DNA from: Nymphaea colorata
Taxonomy: Eukaryota
Assembly (NCBI RefSeq): GCF_008831285.2
Contig: NC_045138.2
Span: 9,672,001 to 9,736,000, forward strand
Length of the DNA: 64,000 nt
Direction: 5' to 3'
Numbering within the stretch: the first letter of the stretch is position 1; each line of letters begins with the position of its first letter. Made by a program: the position numbers and the translations under genes. Below, piece after piece: positions 1-13,419 of this stretch. The notes under the pieces are model-generated. The model saw nothing but the letters and a program-made list of their open reading frames with translations, searched no databases and was not told the DNA's origin.

Positions 1-609
1 CCTTGAAACTTGTATGAAAAACTAACTTAAGCTCATGTGACTCTTAAGTTAGGTTTTATGAAAAGTACGTGCGTGGTGGCAATTGACCAAAATGGTATTG
101 TATATGTGATTTTAGGATGCATGTGATTTTAAGCTAAAATGACTTCAAATAAGGGGATTGCCTTGAACTAAGGCTCTAGGAATCAAAGAAAATCATAAAC
201 CAAGCTATATGTGACATATACCTAGGTTTATGGAGAAGAGCATGGTTAAAAATGACCATTTTGTCCTTATGTGTATTTGTGAAGTTCTAGATGAGTTTTG
301 TCAATCTGACTGAACCAGCCTTTGGCCAGACTCCTAATAAACTCTTAACTAAATGTTGTTGAAAAATTCTTCTTGGATTGCTCAAAATCAAAAACAAATT
401 TTTACCAACCCATATGTGACACATTTATAAAGGGAAATCGAAGAAGGCATAAAATGCAGTTTTATTAAAATTGGCATAGGTGTAGCTAAGGGTGCTTGAA
501 AAACCTACTTTCCTATAAGAACTTGCTGAAAGATAAAAAAAAACTTTAGTTTTGCAAAATTGAGCTTCAAAACAGTTTATAATGTGTAAAAGGTACCAAA
601 ATGAGCTCC

Positions 610-1095
610 ACGGCCTTTATAACTAAATTGAACTCAAACAAGAAGAAATGAACTCAAACTGAACTAAGGTAATATTGATTTATACAAAACCAACATAGTC
701 CCAACTTGGTTTTAGCTCACTCTCTATTATTGAGCTCAAATTCAGTTAAAACCTCTGAAAATAGGAAAGAGAAAGTGCTTTGAATTGAATTAAACGTTAA
801 CCAAAATGTAAACTCAAACCAAACTAAAAGAAGCATGATTTTTATAGAATAAACATGGTCCTACCTTAATTCCAACTCACATTTTTGGGTTGAACTCAAA
901 TTCAGCTCAAACACTTAAAAATAGATGAGAGGACGTGCTCAAAACTGAATTAAACTCAAATTAGGATGAATGAGCTCAAACCTAACTAAAGAAAGATTGA
1001 TTTTTACTGATAAACGTGGTCTTAGCTTTGTTTCAGCTCACTGTTCTGGATAGAGCTCAAATCTAGCTTAAACCATTGAAAGTTGGAGAGGAAGA
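610..1095. repeat. Three degenerate ~161-bp tandem units
   Basis: The motif t(g/a)a(a/g)ctcaaac..aactaa..tgattt..aacat(a/g)gtc..ctcac..ga(g/a)ctcaaat recurs at ~649, ~809 and ~971. Confidence 0.7.
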
Positions 1096-3058
1096 CCAAG
1101 TGGCAATCAACAAGTTAATATAAGACTGAAACTTGGGATAGGTAGCTCAAATTAAGTGAAATAAAACTTTCTCTCTCTTAAGGTCAACTTGTTTTGATTA
1201 GGTTGAATTAAAGATCACAGGTGTGAGTTTTGGGAGCTCATTTGAGCTATAAACATGATGGCTTCATATTGGGATAACCCTAGTCCGCAACCCCTCATGT
1301 CATGTAAAGTTGAGAAATAGCCTAATTGCTCAAATGTTAGGTGATTTTTGAAATTTTGGTGAAAAATTACTACTTTTTTGGTTGAGATGCCAAGATTTAG
1401 GAGCCAAATGGTAATTTCTAGCTTGTACAACCTAGGTGGTATGAGTCTTGGTATTCAATGCCGGCATAAAAAGTGATTGTTTGGCTCACAAATGGCCCTT
1501 TATTCTTCAAATTTGTCTTTGAAAACTAATTTAGAAATCTCATGGTGAAGAGTAAAATAGTCATTTAGACATGTGAAAATTTTGGGTGTTCATTGATGGC
1601 CTCTTTACTGCTACACCGGGAATCATGCTTAACGGGAAAGACAGAACACCCATCCTAAAAATGGTAAACTTAGTGAAATCAGGTTTGCGAAATAGAAAAT
1701 CTAGTTTGAAATAGATATATGAAAAAAGATGCCCAGTGTGGATACTGATGCAATGCTTGTGAAAAATGCTTGAAAATCATTATAAATTCTTTGTGTTGGA
1801 GTACTAGTATTCTTGCTCACATAAAATGTAAACGCTTGTGTAATGCATGTGTTTGTATGCTTGTTTGTGCTGAAGTACAAAAACCTTACATAAATGTGAG
1901 TGCTTGTGAAATACTTGTAAAATTCATGCAATATAATGCATGTGCTTGTATGCTTGTTTGCATTGAAGCACAAAAAATCTCACATAATTGTGAGTGCTTG
2001 TAAAATGATTATGCACTTGTAAAATGCTTGTAAAATTTGGTAAATTCTTTTCCTTGTATCTCTTAGATCTTGTAAGGACTTGTATGATATCATTTACTGC
2101 AAGAACGGATTCTTTTAGTCAATTGTAATGAGGTTCGTTTGAGACGGTTATTTTTCCATTTCCACATGATAAGCCATGTAGAGTTGCTCTTTATGTCATA
2201 GGTTTTCTTATTGTCACTGTCTTGACTCTCTCTGTAATTACAGAACCTTATGTTTTTATTTGTCAAAGAATTCTTGATTTGTGTGACCTTGGCTTTTCAG
2301 GCATGAATTTTGCTTGTTTGTTACTTGAATTTGGCTATTTTTGGCTCTTTTGGCTTTGTTCTTGCTTTCTTTATATTTTAAGCCAACTTTCACTTATAAC
2401 AGAATTACCTCACCACCTTACCAGCTACTACGAGGCTCCATCCCTTTGATGGTCATGTAGCTTTGTCATGTGCAATGTCGTTCCTATCAGCTTTCTACTG
2501 AACCATTGTAAAGAGTTTTGGGTCGATAGACCTCATACCAGTTGGTCTTATGGTACTAAGTGTAGAACACCCCTAGGACTTATTCGCTCGTGCTCAGAAG
2601 ACTTTAGAAGATAGAACTAGACAAATGCTCATATATCATATAATTTCTTAGAATAGATGCAATTCGTCTTTATGCCAACCTAACACTTTTGGGTACTAAT
2701 ATAGTGGAATGACTACATTTGCCTAGATCCTATCTCTCAATGCTTCTTTTTTTTTTTACGTTTTGCTTACTTTACTTGGGTCAACTAAGTCACTCATTAT
2801 CTAATTGAATCTTGATAAGCTCTTGTTTTACTAAGGGGTTGAAACTAGTGACATTTCATAGACATTTTATCCCTTTGTTTCCTTGAGCTTTCTTCATGGC
2901 TTATAACATGGTCATATCAAAATTTTCATTTTTTATTGATTGTGAAATCATTGGCTAAATTTTTATTGCCCTCTTTAGATAAATGAAAATCATTTGGTGC
3001 TTGTAAGATGCAATATGATAACTTGTTCAGAGTACTTATCATATTTGAAATGCTTGTG

Positions 3059-3513
3059 TGTAACAACTCAACCCACTTCTAGGCTTGGGCCTCTGGTTTG
3101 GCAGATCCCAACCCGCCCACTAGCAATTTCGGCTCCAACCTCAAAAAGAATAAGAATTAGGACAATCATCTATTTAATAAATTAAACCCCTTTTATAAGC
3201 TCTTGAAGACAATCTTCAATACGGGAATAAATTTTTAGGGTGTTTCAATTCACCCCTTCTTAAGGCACATGCATCCACCCATGTGGGACCTTAGGTCCGA
3301 GTGTTGAACTGGCTCTGATACCACTATAACAACTCAACCAACTTCTAGGCTTGGGCCTCTGGTTTGGTGGATCCCAACCAACCCACTAGCAATTTTGGCT
3401 CCAACCTCAAAAAAGTTAGGAACCATAACAACCATCTATTTAACAATCTCTTTTATAAGTCTTTGAAAATTCCTCACAATCTTCAATATGAGACTAAATT
3501 TTTGGGGGTTACA
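3059..3513 (-). mobile_element. TRIM (miniature non-autonomous LTR retrotransposon), 455 bp
   Basis: Two diverged 189-bp direct repeats lie at 3059-3247 (TG..CA) and 3325-3513 (TA..CA). The 77-bp interior has a tRNA-Met PBS (ggctctgatacca, 3311-3323; TGGTATCAGAGCC on -) and a polypurine tract (PPT; caccccttct). The target-site duplication (TSD) is ttgtg/tcgtg. Confidence 0.9.
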
Positions 3514-3539
3514 TCGTGTGCCCTAAAATGCAAAAATGT

Positions 3540-4640
3540 GCATTGATGTGAGAAAATGTACACTGAAGTGCAAAAAGTATGTGTTGAGGTGCGTATACTT
3601 GTGTGTGATGAAGCACAAAAATCTTATACTAGAGTACAAAATCTAGTACAAGGTCTTACACTAGAGTACAAACGTCTGAAACTTACGTAGATTATTATGT
3701 TCACTTGTTTGTGTTGAAGCAAAAAAACTTATACCAAAGCACATTTGCTTGTGTGCACAAAAGTGCAAAAATCTTACAACAAAACAAGAGGACTTGTGTG
3801 TGCCAAAACACAAAAAATTATGCACTAGTAAGTTCACTTGTGTGTATTAAAGCAAGAAAGTGTTATGCCAAGACACATTCACTTGGGGGCACCAAAGCAC
3901 AAAAACTTATACCAGAACATAGGAATTTGAAAACTTGTGTATGCTGGTACATTTACTTGTGTGTTGAAGTATGATAATCTTATGTCGGGGCACATTCAAT
4001 TTGAGGCACCGAAACACAAAATCTTTAATTAATGCATGTTTCTGTAAAACTTGTTGTGTCGTAGCATGAAATTTTGAAAACTTGTGAAATTTAGTTGCAC
4101 CGAAGTGTGATCTTATGTGAAAGCATAAAATTTTAGAAACCTGTGAAAATTTGAGTGCATCGTACTGATGTTGAAAACTTGTATGCATGAAAATGTGAAA
4201 CTAAAAAACTCGTGAAAACTTATATATGATCGAAAAACTTGTGTTTATACTGATGTGCGAATTTGCAAATTGTGCTCACATAGGTGTAAAATTAGAGAAT
4301 CTTGTGTGCAATGATGTGAAAATTTTGAAAAACTTGTATGCGGGTGGGAAACTTGTAGGCATTGAAATGTAAATTTTTAAAATTTGTATGAATTGAAGTG
4401 CAAAATTGAAAAACATGTGTGCAGGGTGGTGCAAAATTTGAAAAACTTGTATGCATCGTGGTGCAAAATTTAAAAAACTTGTGAAATGTGAAATTAGAAA
4501 GCATGCATGCTACCTAAGTGTAGCATGCAGAATTTGAAAAATTTGTGCAAAATTTGAACTTGTATGCACCATAATGTGACATTCAAAAACCTTGTAGTAA
4601 ATGTTTGAAAACTTAAGGTTCTTGAAAAACTTCAAAAAAC
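3540..4640. repeat. Degenerate tandem array (~44-45 bp units) downstream of Gypsy pol
   Basis: acttgtgtgtg..aagcacaaaaa.cttat recurs at ~3703, 3747, 3792, 3836 and 3881, followed by tgaaaaacttgt-type units. Confidence 0.65.
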
Positions 4641-4875
4641 CTGAAAGATTGGCATATACTTGAATGTGAGGACTTGTGGAATAATTGTTTTCATACTCAA
4701 AAGTCTCCTTTCAAAATATTTTGGGGTCAGTTCTCTATGTGACTTGTGATGCTCCTTTTATAAAAAGATGCAACTGTATGAAGGCTGGTAAAGGGAATGT
4801 GTGCATAGAGATATGAGACTAGTCCGTCCATCAAAGAGAATTTATATTGACATAAAAATTTTGATACAAATGAAT

Positions 4876-6486
4876 TATACCTATAATTTCTTCAAATGGA
4901 AAGCATTTATATGATCAAATATTTCAACTCCATCGGCATCAATTAGTTGATATGAATTCTCTAGCAGAACTTCTAAAATGACATACGACCCATCCTAATT
5001 TGGTACCTATTTTCCTCAAGAATGATTTTTCCATGAGAGGGTTGATCTTAACATTGTCTCATTGATTTTGAAATTCTGCTCAATCACTGATTTGACATAT
5101 TGTTAGACTACCCTTTACTGATATGCTTCAGTGTGTTCCACTACTTGCAATCTCTTCTTTTCAACCAGGTCTAACTGTAACATCGCTGCTTTTGGTATTG
5201 GTTCGTGGTGTAATTAATAACAAATGCAAATTTGTTGCATATGTAAATGAAGGACTACATCTATGTGATATACTAGTTTTACTGGGGTAGCATTGATACA
5301 AGTTCTTGTTGTAGTCCTATAAGCCCATAATATATCATGTAATTTTTCATGCCAATCTCGGCTAGTCTCCACAGATCTTGAACTTTGAGCAGAAATCGCG
5401 CATCGTCTCATTCTTAAAATGTGTTTATTACTAGACACAATACCATGCAACACTCTGAACCTTCATAAGACATTCTTGTAAATGAAAGAGACAACATGCC
5501 TGCCTTTCACTATTCTCTAGGTGATGGCTTCCACCCACTTGGTTAAATATTCTATTGCAACAAGGAAATGTTTGTGCCCATTTGATGCATGGGGATGGAT
5601 GGGTCCTACTACATCAAATGCCTACATTGAAAAGGGCTGTGGTGATATAATAGAATGTAAAAATGTAGCTGGTCGAAGTAGGACTTTTGCATGGATCTGA
5701 CATTTCAAATACCTTTTAGCAAACTTGTGTATCGTGTTGCATAGATGGCCAATAGTAACATGCTCAAATCAAGTGCTTGGCCAAAGTTTGATATCCGGCA
5801 TATCCCTTATAGATTCCTTCTTGAGCTTCCTGGATCATTTTTTGAGCTTCTTGCTGATCAAGAGATCTTGAATATTTTGAACTAAATCTGCATCTCTATA
5901 ATATCCTTGGGCATATCTTAAGGAAATTCACCTGTTTCCATGTAATATTGGAAGTTTATACCAAGAAAGTTTGTCTGAATCTATTTGGTTTATTTGTTCT
6001 AGAGGGTAGAATGCTGGTTGAGTCAGTCTTTCCACCTTGAAAGCTCTGCATGGTTCATTCTTCTTAAAATGATAATGAATCCAAAAGGCGGTCAGATTGT
6101 CTACAAATTGATTGAACTCCTCCTGATATGAAATAACTATAATTCCTTGATTGCTACACTAAGGCTCGAGTGACTTTCTGATAAGGTGCTAATTTAGGAT
6201 CTTTTACCTTTTATTCTTCATTAACTTGATTTCTGATTAGCAGAGAATCACCATAAGTACAAACTTTTCTGACACTGAAACTGAGTAGCTTTTTGAGTCT
6301 ATGTATCAATGCTTTATACCCGGCCATGTTATGAGTGCATGTGAATTCCAACTTGAGAAAATAAAGGATCATCTCCTTTTCAGGAGTGAGCAGAAGAACC
6401 CCAATACCTATTGTGGCCATGTTATTGGAGCCATCAAAGAACATTGTCCATGATTGAGTTGTTTCAATGTGCAATCTGATATCCAT
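4876..6486 (-). pseudogene. Decayed Ty3/Gypsy (Ogre/Tat-like) pol: archaeal-type RNase H plus integrase
   Basis: ORF 6211-6486 reads WTMFFDGS..GIGVLLLTP..LEFTCTHNMAGYKALI (aRH). ORF 5214-5453 reads DWHEKLHDILWAYRTTTRT..ATP (integrase). A GPY-like GK*VPN*DGSYVI lies near 4980-5015. There are many stops and frameshifts. Confidence 0.85.
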
Positions 6487-9400
6487 GGTTTGAGATTGAT
6501 AATATGAGATTCATAATCTAAGATCTAAAATCTAAATCCCATATACTAGAATTTCGTTTAGTATCAAGTTTTCAATAAGCTATTAGGTTCACGATATGAA
6601 TTCAATGCTATGAATTGAGATCCAAGTTCCAAATAGCTAAGGGTTGGTTGGTCAAAAGGACTGCGTCCAGTCTTGCATGCACTAAGTTTAAACCTACCTA
6701 GGGGTAGGATTGACTATGGTAAATGGGTTTGGTCTTCGTCAAATCATGCGATATATCATACAAACTTCATTCATTTCATATGAATGGGCATCTAAAGAAG
6801 TTTAACTAGACCCAGGCTACTAGCTCTATAAGTAGTAGGCTCTAAGACCGGTCAGAGCTAGGTCTCAGGAAGTTGAACTTGGATTGGACTACATGCCTAC
6901 ACGACCTAGGGTTTTCAAAATCATTTAAAGAGATTGATTTTAAAAAACATTTTAGAGAAAACTATGATTTGAAATGATTCATGTGTGATGACCAAGCTAC
7001 ATTCAGGTTTTCAATTCCTCGGCTGATGAATAGAGGGTATGTTACTATGATGACCCAGTCTGTGGGTGCATGTTGGTGCAAGGTGACCTAGAGCATATTT
7101 ATAGAAATGTGCAATGCATGACAAAAGAAAGCACAAAAGAAACCTATATTATATATACATGATTTAATTAAGAACTAAATTAGGAAAAGCATGAAATTAA
7201 AAAAGAAGGCGAGAAAGAGAAAGGCATACCTGACGTCTATGTATACCTTAATGACATTAAAATAAATTTTATTTAGAAAATAAACATGCTAAAATACAAC
7301 ATTATTAAGACTTAAGCATGAAATAAACTAAACTAAACGTGCTTAAGGCAAAAAGAAAACTAAACTAAACATGCATAAAAAAACACTAAATTGAAAAAAA
7401 AAAACAAAGGAAGAGGGAAAAAAAATTACTTGAAGCTAGCACCCTAGCTGAGCTTGCTCCCATGATCTCTACCCTGAGCCTAGCTGCGTCTAGGTTGAGT
7501 GCTAATGCGAGGTTGAGTTAGACACTTTTTTTTGAAATTTTACCAACTTTTTTGGCTTTCCTAGGAATAGCTCAAGTGTGAAGACGTGAGAGAGGGAGGA
7601 CTTCCATTTATAGGAAGGAGAGGGGGGCTTCTCTCTTTCTCTCCATCAATACATGACCAAATTTTTAACACACTCTCTCCTCTCTTAACTCAAAACCGTA
7701 GGTTAAAAGCATATTTTCATCTAAATTTTGTTTGTTGCGATCTCATTTGACTCCAAATTGAATTCCATGGAAAGCCACACATGTGTGGAGATGTGCTGGT
7801 CGATTTTTAATAAAGTATTTAGATTGATATTGAGTGTGAAAAATGAATGACACAAAAATATAAAGATAAGAAAACACACTTTTAATACTTCGTTCTAAAA
7901 CTTGACAGGAATCGAAAAATGCTCATTCTTGCCACATACGGATACCAATTTCATTTTTGTCTCCATCAATGTGCTTGACAAAGTATTTCACATGTTTCAA
8001 GTACTTATGTGTGAATTGACATTAAGCATAGTGTGAGAACACCGCGATGCATTCTTGAGATATAATGTACATTAAGCTTACATGTGGATCCTATCATTTG
8101 AAATCCAAATCTGGATTCAAATTAAAAAAAAAAAGGTTCTAATTCATAATCTAAGTTGCCAAGTGGGACCCACATGTGGGCCCCACCTAGCTCACGTGGC
8201 CAAGAGCCTACCAAGAGGCCACGCACCCTCCCTTTTTCAAAATATCTCCTTTCATTTGAAAATCCATCATTTTTATTGAAGACAGATAAGATTATCATTG
8301 AACTCCATGGGAAAAGATAGAGATTTATTTATCTCCCTTTTCATTAATTAAAAAGGAATTCTCTAAAAAGAGGCCTTAGTTCCAAAGAAGCAATGATTTC
8401 TTTTAGCCAACCTACTTAAGGCAAGTAGGCTCACCTAGCTGCAGCTAGATGTGGCACCAACTTCAACTAAGCTCAGTTAACTTGAGCTTAGCCTAGTCAA
8501 AACTCATCAAAAGGTTGGGTCTGCCTCACGATCCAATCACTAAACATGGATAGACCCTGAATAGATCAAGTTTACTTTGACTAAACCTAATTAAAGTAAA
8601 AATTCAAAATTGAGGTTAGTTAAAGCATAATCAAGTGCTTTCTAAGCTCAAATTCATCCAATTTACTCAAACTAAGTCAACATCAGCCCACAAAATAAAC
8701 TTTGACTTTGGTCAGTTGGTCAAATTTGACCAAATTTGGACAACTTTATCCTATAATGATCAAATTAAGTTCATAGAACCCAAATTTGATTTTCTATGTA
8801 AATCAAATACATGTTTGAATTTGTCAAGTGTACAAATCAATTACCAAATTGAAAATCAGTATTTCAAATTGAAATTTGATTAAATCCACTTTCAAATTGA
8901 ATTACAGACAAAATGTTCTTTTTCAAACCAAATTTGACAAGATTATCAAAAGTCTTTCCAGATTAAATTTACTTGCCAAATAAGAATTAAAAATCCAATA
9001 ACATTTATAGCTTAATCACTAGGTTCAAACCTAGCAAGATCGACTTCAAAAAATTCAAACCCGATGGAAGGGTACTTTCATCAAAAAATTTCAGTAAAAA
9101 TTTAGTTTTTAGAACCTAAACCTTGACCTAAGTTAAACTTGGCCAGGTCTGGACCATGGTTGACCAGACCTAGCCGAGCACACCTAGCTCATGTGTGTGG
9201 GCTAGGTGTGCTTGGTTGGAGTCATTTAAGAGGATAAAAACTCACTTAATATTCTTTTCTTAAATCAGCAATTCATGTATAATGGATTGAGCCAATGAAA
9301 AAATCAGATTTTTCTAAATCACTTGTCAAAATGGAGTCCAGTTGAGGTGGCAGCCACCTCAGCCTATTTTTTAAAAGTTTAAATCAATTTTTATTCCAGA

Positions 9401-10671
9401 TTGACACCTAGCTGGACCTATTCTAACTTACCAGAACAAAAGGGGGCAAATTCCCCAAGACTTGGGCGTACCCAAGAGGGAATTAAGGAGGTAGGTGTGC
9501 AGCCACCTCCCCCCTTCCTTATTCAATCTCATTCCCATATAAACGTACCTTGATGACTGAGGTAGGGGAAGACAATTAGAGATTTTTCCTAACATTTTCT
9601 CTTAATTGCAGCTAAGTGCAAGTGCAGCCAAGACAAGCAAGAGGAACAGCAAGAGAAGAAGAAAATGAGAAGTCATTGTCCCAGCCTTCTTTTCTCTCTT
9701 TCTCATTTCCTAATCCTTGCTTTCAAACTTGCTAAGCTCGGGTACTTTAGTGGGCCTTTATTTAGAATTTTTGTTGTAAGGAAATCTTATTCATTTCTGC
9801 AATTTCCAGTAAGGAAGAACTCTCTTTTCAGCCTTGATAAGCTCGAATCTTGGTCTAGATTCTTGCTTAGGATTGCTGGATTTTGAGAACTAGCAAAGAG
9901 AAACTCCAAATACCTAGGCCAACCACAAGGTAGGGGCAATTTCAGCTTGTTCTTCATCCATTTTAATTCCATATTTGTGGGGAGGGTTCTATTTTGATGC
10001 TAGCTTATAGTTGGAAATGATATCTAGTAGGGAAAATAAGATCAAATGTATATTTTAAAAAGAAAACCCATGAATCAAATTTTGAAAAGGGCTGCAATGC
10101 CATAAGAAGTGAAAGTAAATGCAGCCATATAACATGGAAGGCCGTATAAAGGCATGTGCCTCCTCATAAATAATGTGGATTAGAAAGTCAAAGGCCAAAA
10201 GGTGGATACTGTGGAATATCGGTGGAGCAATCAGGTTTTCTTTAATTGTTGAATTGCTTTTCTTAAAAGCTATCCCCATATTTTTGTAATAATCAACAAG
10301 AAAAATTGCACTAAAGTTTTTAAAATGTACATGATTCTCCCACATGACCTTCAAAACAGTTAACCTAAACCAATTTCAAGCTCCCCACCATGAAGGATTC
10401 CATTGTAAGAGAGTCATTTATATTTACTGCAATATATATAATTTAAATGCCTATTAAGGAAGGAAACATTCTCATGAATGTGATCCACCCTTGTACGGCA
10501 AAATAATAGATAAACAAGCTTGAGCAATCACTTGATTTGTTTCATTTTAAGTCATTTTGAACTCATGCATTCATGATTCAATTGATTAGGGTGGTAGTGA
10601 AGATTATAAACTTGTTTTCAATCTTTCTATGTAAAAAACCCAGATATGAACCATCATGGTTCATAAGGTAA

Positions 10672-10675
<4 letters not shown>

Positions 10676-10723
<48 letters not shown>
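10676..10723. repeat. (TA)n microsatellite
   Basis: Read directly. Confidence 0.95.
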
Positions 10724-10727
<4 letters not shown>

Positions 10728-13419
10728 CACACACATAAACCTCTTATAAAATTAATTTTTTTCTTTAAAATCAGGTTGAAATGTGTTTCAAAGCTGGTCC
10801 TAAGGGAAGGGAATCTTTATTTGATCTTCACAGTTCAAAACTACAAGATCACTCAACATTTCATCTCAAAATTTTGTCTTTTCTAACAACACATGCATAA
10901 ACGTGCGTGCATATTGTTGAAATCAGGCCATGATTTCATGAATCCAGCTTAAAACTTCAAAGTTTGAGCTTTCCAATGATGATTTCCAGCCATGAAGTGG
11001 CTATTTTCCTAAAACTAGAAAAACATTTAATTTTATTTAAATTAGCAGGCTAAGAACTTTTTTAGGAGTTGGTGATTTCATTTATCGATTTCTAGATTTT
11101 CATGGGATTAATCAATGTCCCAAAATGCTGCAAAATCATATTTAAGAATCTAACTTTCATTTCTCCAAAAGAGAAGATCTAATATGCTTAAATCGTCCAA
11201 AGAATGGATGAATTCCTTGATGTGAAATTTGAAATTAAACTTGGTTTAAGAAAAGCAAGTTTCTAAAATCCAAAGTTTATATCTAACACTAATGGGAACA
11301 TGTGCAAGAGGAACATTCTTCTTGCTGACTTAGATGCTTCACTTAGGGGGAAGTTAAGGAAATTTTCAATAATTTATTATCATTTTCTAAAAATCAAAGT
11401 TTCTTAGAAACAACATTTCTGATTTTCAGCCATTTAGATCAGTATAAAATCTGTTTTTATAGAAATTTTGAGTCAAAGTGGATGTTATCCACGTCTCTCA
11501 TCTATTTTGAAGTTTGATTTCTTCATTTACATTATTTTCTATTATTTTGATATTTTATTTTAGGTCTCAAGCATGTGGACTGCATCTCTTATGCTTGTGC
11601 TTAATAATATGTTAAGCATACAGAGAGAGTGACAAATTCCAATTAGAAAAATCAATCTTTGTGTGAATGGATTGTGAATTGAATTTTATGTTGAATGGAT
11701 GTGGAGATATTATGAGAGAGGAAAAAGTGAATGTATCATGTAATTTCATTTCTTTTTTTGCATTCAACACTAACTCACTCAAATTTGCACTATGTGCAAC
11801 TTCTCCACAAATTAAGTGATTCAATTTTGAGTTGCAAAAGGTGACCAAGTCATATTGCAACAAAAATTTGGAAATCTCACCTAGTTTCAAAAGAAAACAC
11901 AAGCATGTTATTTAATTTGGCCAAAATACATTTCAAAACAATGTGCTTTCCAATATTGTAGAATTTTCATTTCTTAGAAAAAAAAGGCAACTTACAATTA
12001 AGCAATTATAATTTTTCTCTACAATAGAATCTATTTGAAATTCAAATCGTGCCTCTTATACCTAATCACGTGATTTGGCAAAAAGAGACTTTAAAAAACA
12101 ATCATTTACCAATAAAAGTGAGCTAATTTGTCCATTGGTCTATTTGCTAAGTCAACTTAGCCGTTTTTCCTAAAAAAAATTATCACAATTTGATATCAAT
12201 TTCAATCCAAAATCATGAAATGATTTTGAGTTCACAACAAGGAACTAGATCTCAATCTCCAAAATCTCAAATTTTCCGATCAAATTCCCAATTATCTGTC
12301 TAATGTTCCAAATCAAATTGTCAAATTTATCAAGCAAAACACCAAAAGTTTGGATCAATGCCACGACGCAAATCGATTTTTCAACACCCTTCCAATTTTG
12401 AAATCCAATTCAATGGTACATTTTTTACCAAAACAATGGTCTTCAATTTGAATTTGTTCAACTTTTCAATTTTTATCCAAATAATTTACCCAAATTCTCA
12501 AGTACAAGTTGAATTTTCAAATAGCTTGTCGAAAGAAGTTAATTTTCTACATGACTTGTCCAAATTCCATTCCAATTTGCCTAAAGCTAGGTTAGAAATT
12601 GCTTGTTCAAAATCAAGTTTGAAATGAACTTCTAATTTCAATTTCCACCCTCTATGCATAAGCATATAGGATTGCATCAAATGACTTGTACACGATCCAA
12701 GTTACTCATTGACCTGATGACCCTTGTTAAAGGCGGCAGGAACGGTTAAACCTCGTACCAATGGGCAGATCCTTGTCTCTTGAAATTTTTTCCACAATCT
12801 AATTTGAAATTTTTCTACTTTGCATAACTCCATGCACTCAATCGACACCCCCGAGGACGGGAGGGGTGCGAACATATGACTCTTGAATCAAATTCCATCT
12901 ATGCCAACCTGCTTAGCTCAGAATTCTGCGCACTTCAATTCCTTCTATATGGATGGACATCATGCACAAAGTGAGAAATTAATGATGCATTAAATGAATA
13001 TTATGCACATAATTGCTCACATGTGGATCATGAATTTGGATTTGATATTAGGATCTGAACCTAGATTTGAGGAAGATTTTAGAATACAAATTTGGATATG
13101 ATGTGAAGATTTGGATCATGATCTGATATTGATATCTAAGAACTGAAAAGATAGATTCATAATATGTTCAAGCAGATCAAAGATTTGAAATTTGGATAAG
13201 AGATCTTGACTCATGTGAATTGGACCTGTCTCAGTCTAGGCTAGCTGAGTTCAAATTCATTCATGTGCTGGACTTGGGCTAGGTTCAGTTTGAATTAGGT
13301 TCAAACCTAGATTGGGTGCATGGTTGGTTGCGCTCAGACTGAGTTCAATTTTAGAAAACTAGGTTCAAGTGAGTTATAAAGTGGTCTTACGCTAGGGGCA
13401 AGCTTATTGGATTCATGTT

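Noticed and set aside
3540..4640. CRISPR-like array
   Set aside because: The context is eukaryotic and the units are degenerate, without conserved repeats separated by unique spacers.
8164..8187. Near-perfect palindrome gtgggacccacatgtgggccccac
   Set aside because: It is short and lies in TE-derived sequence, with no evidence of function.
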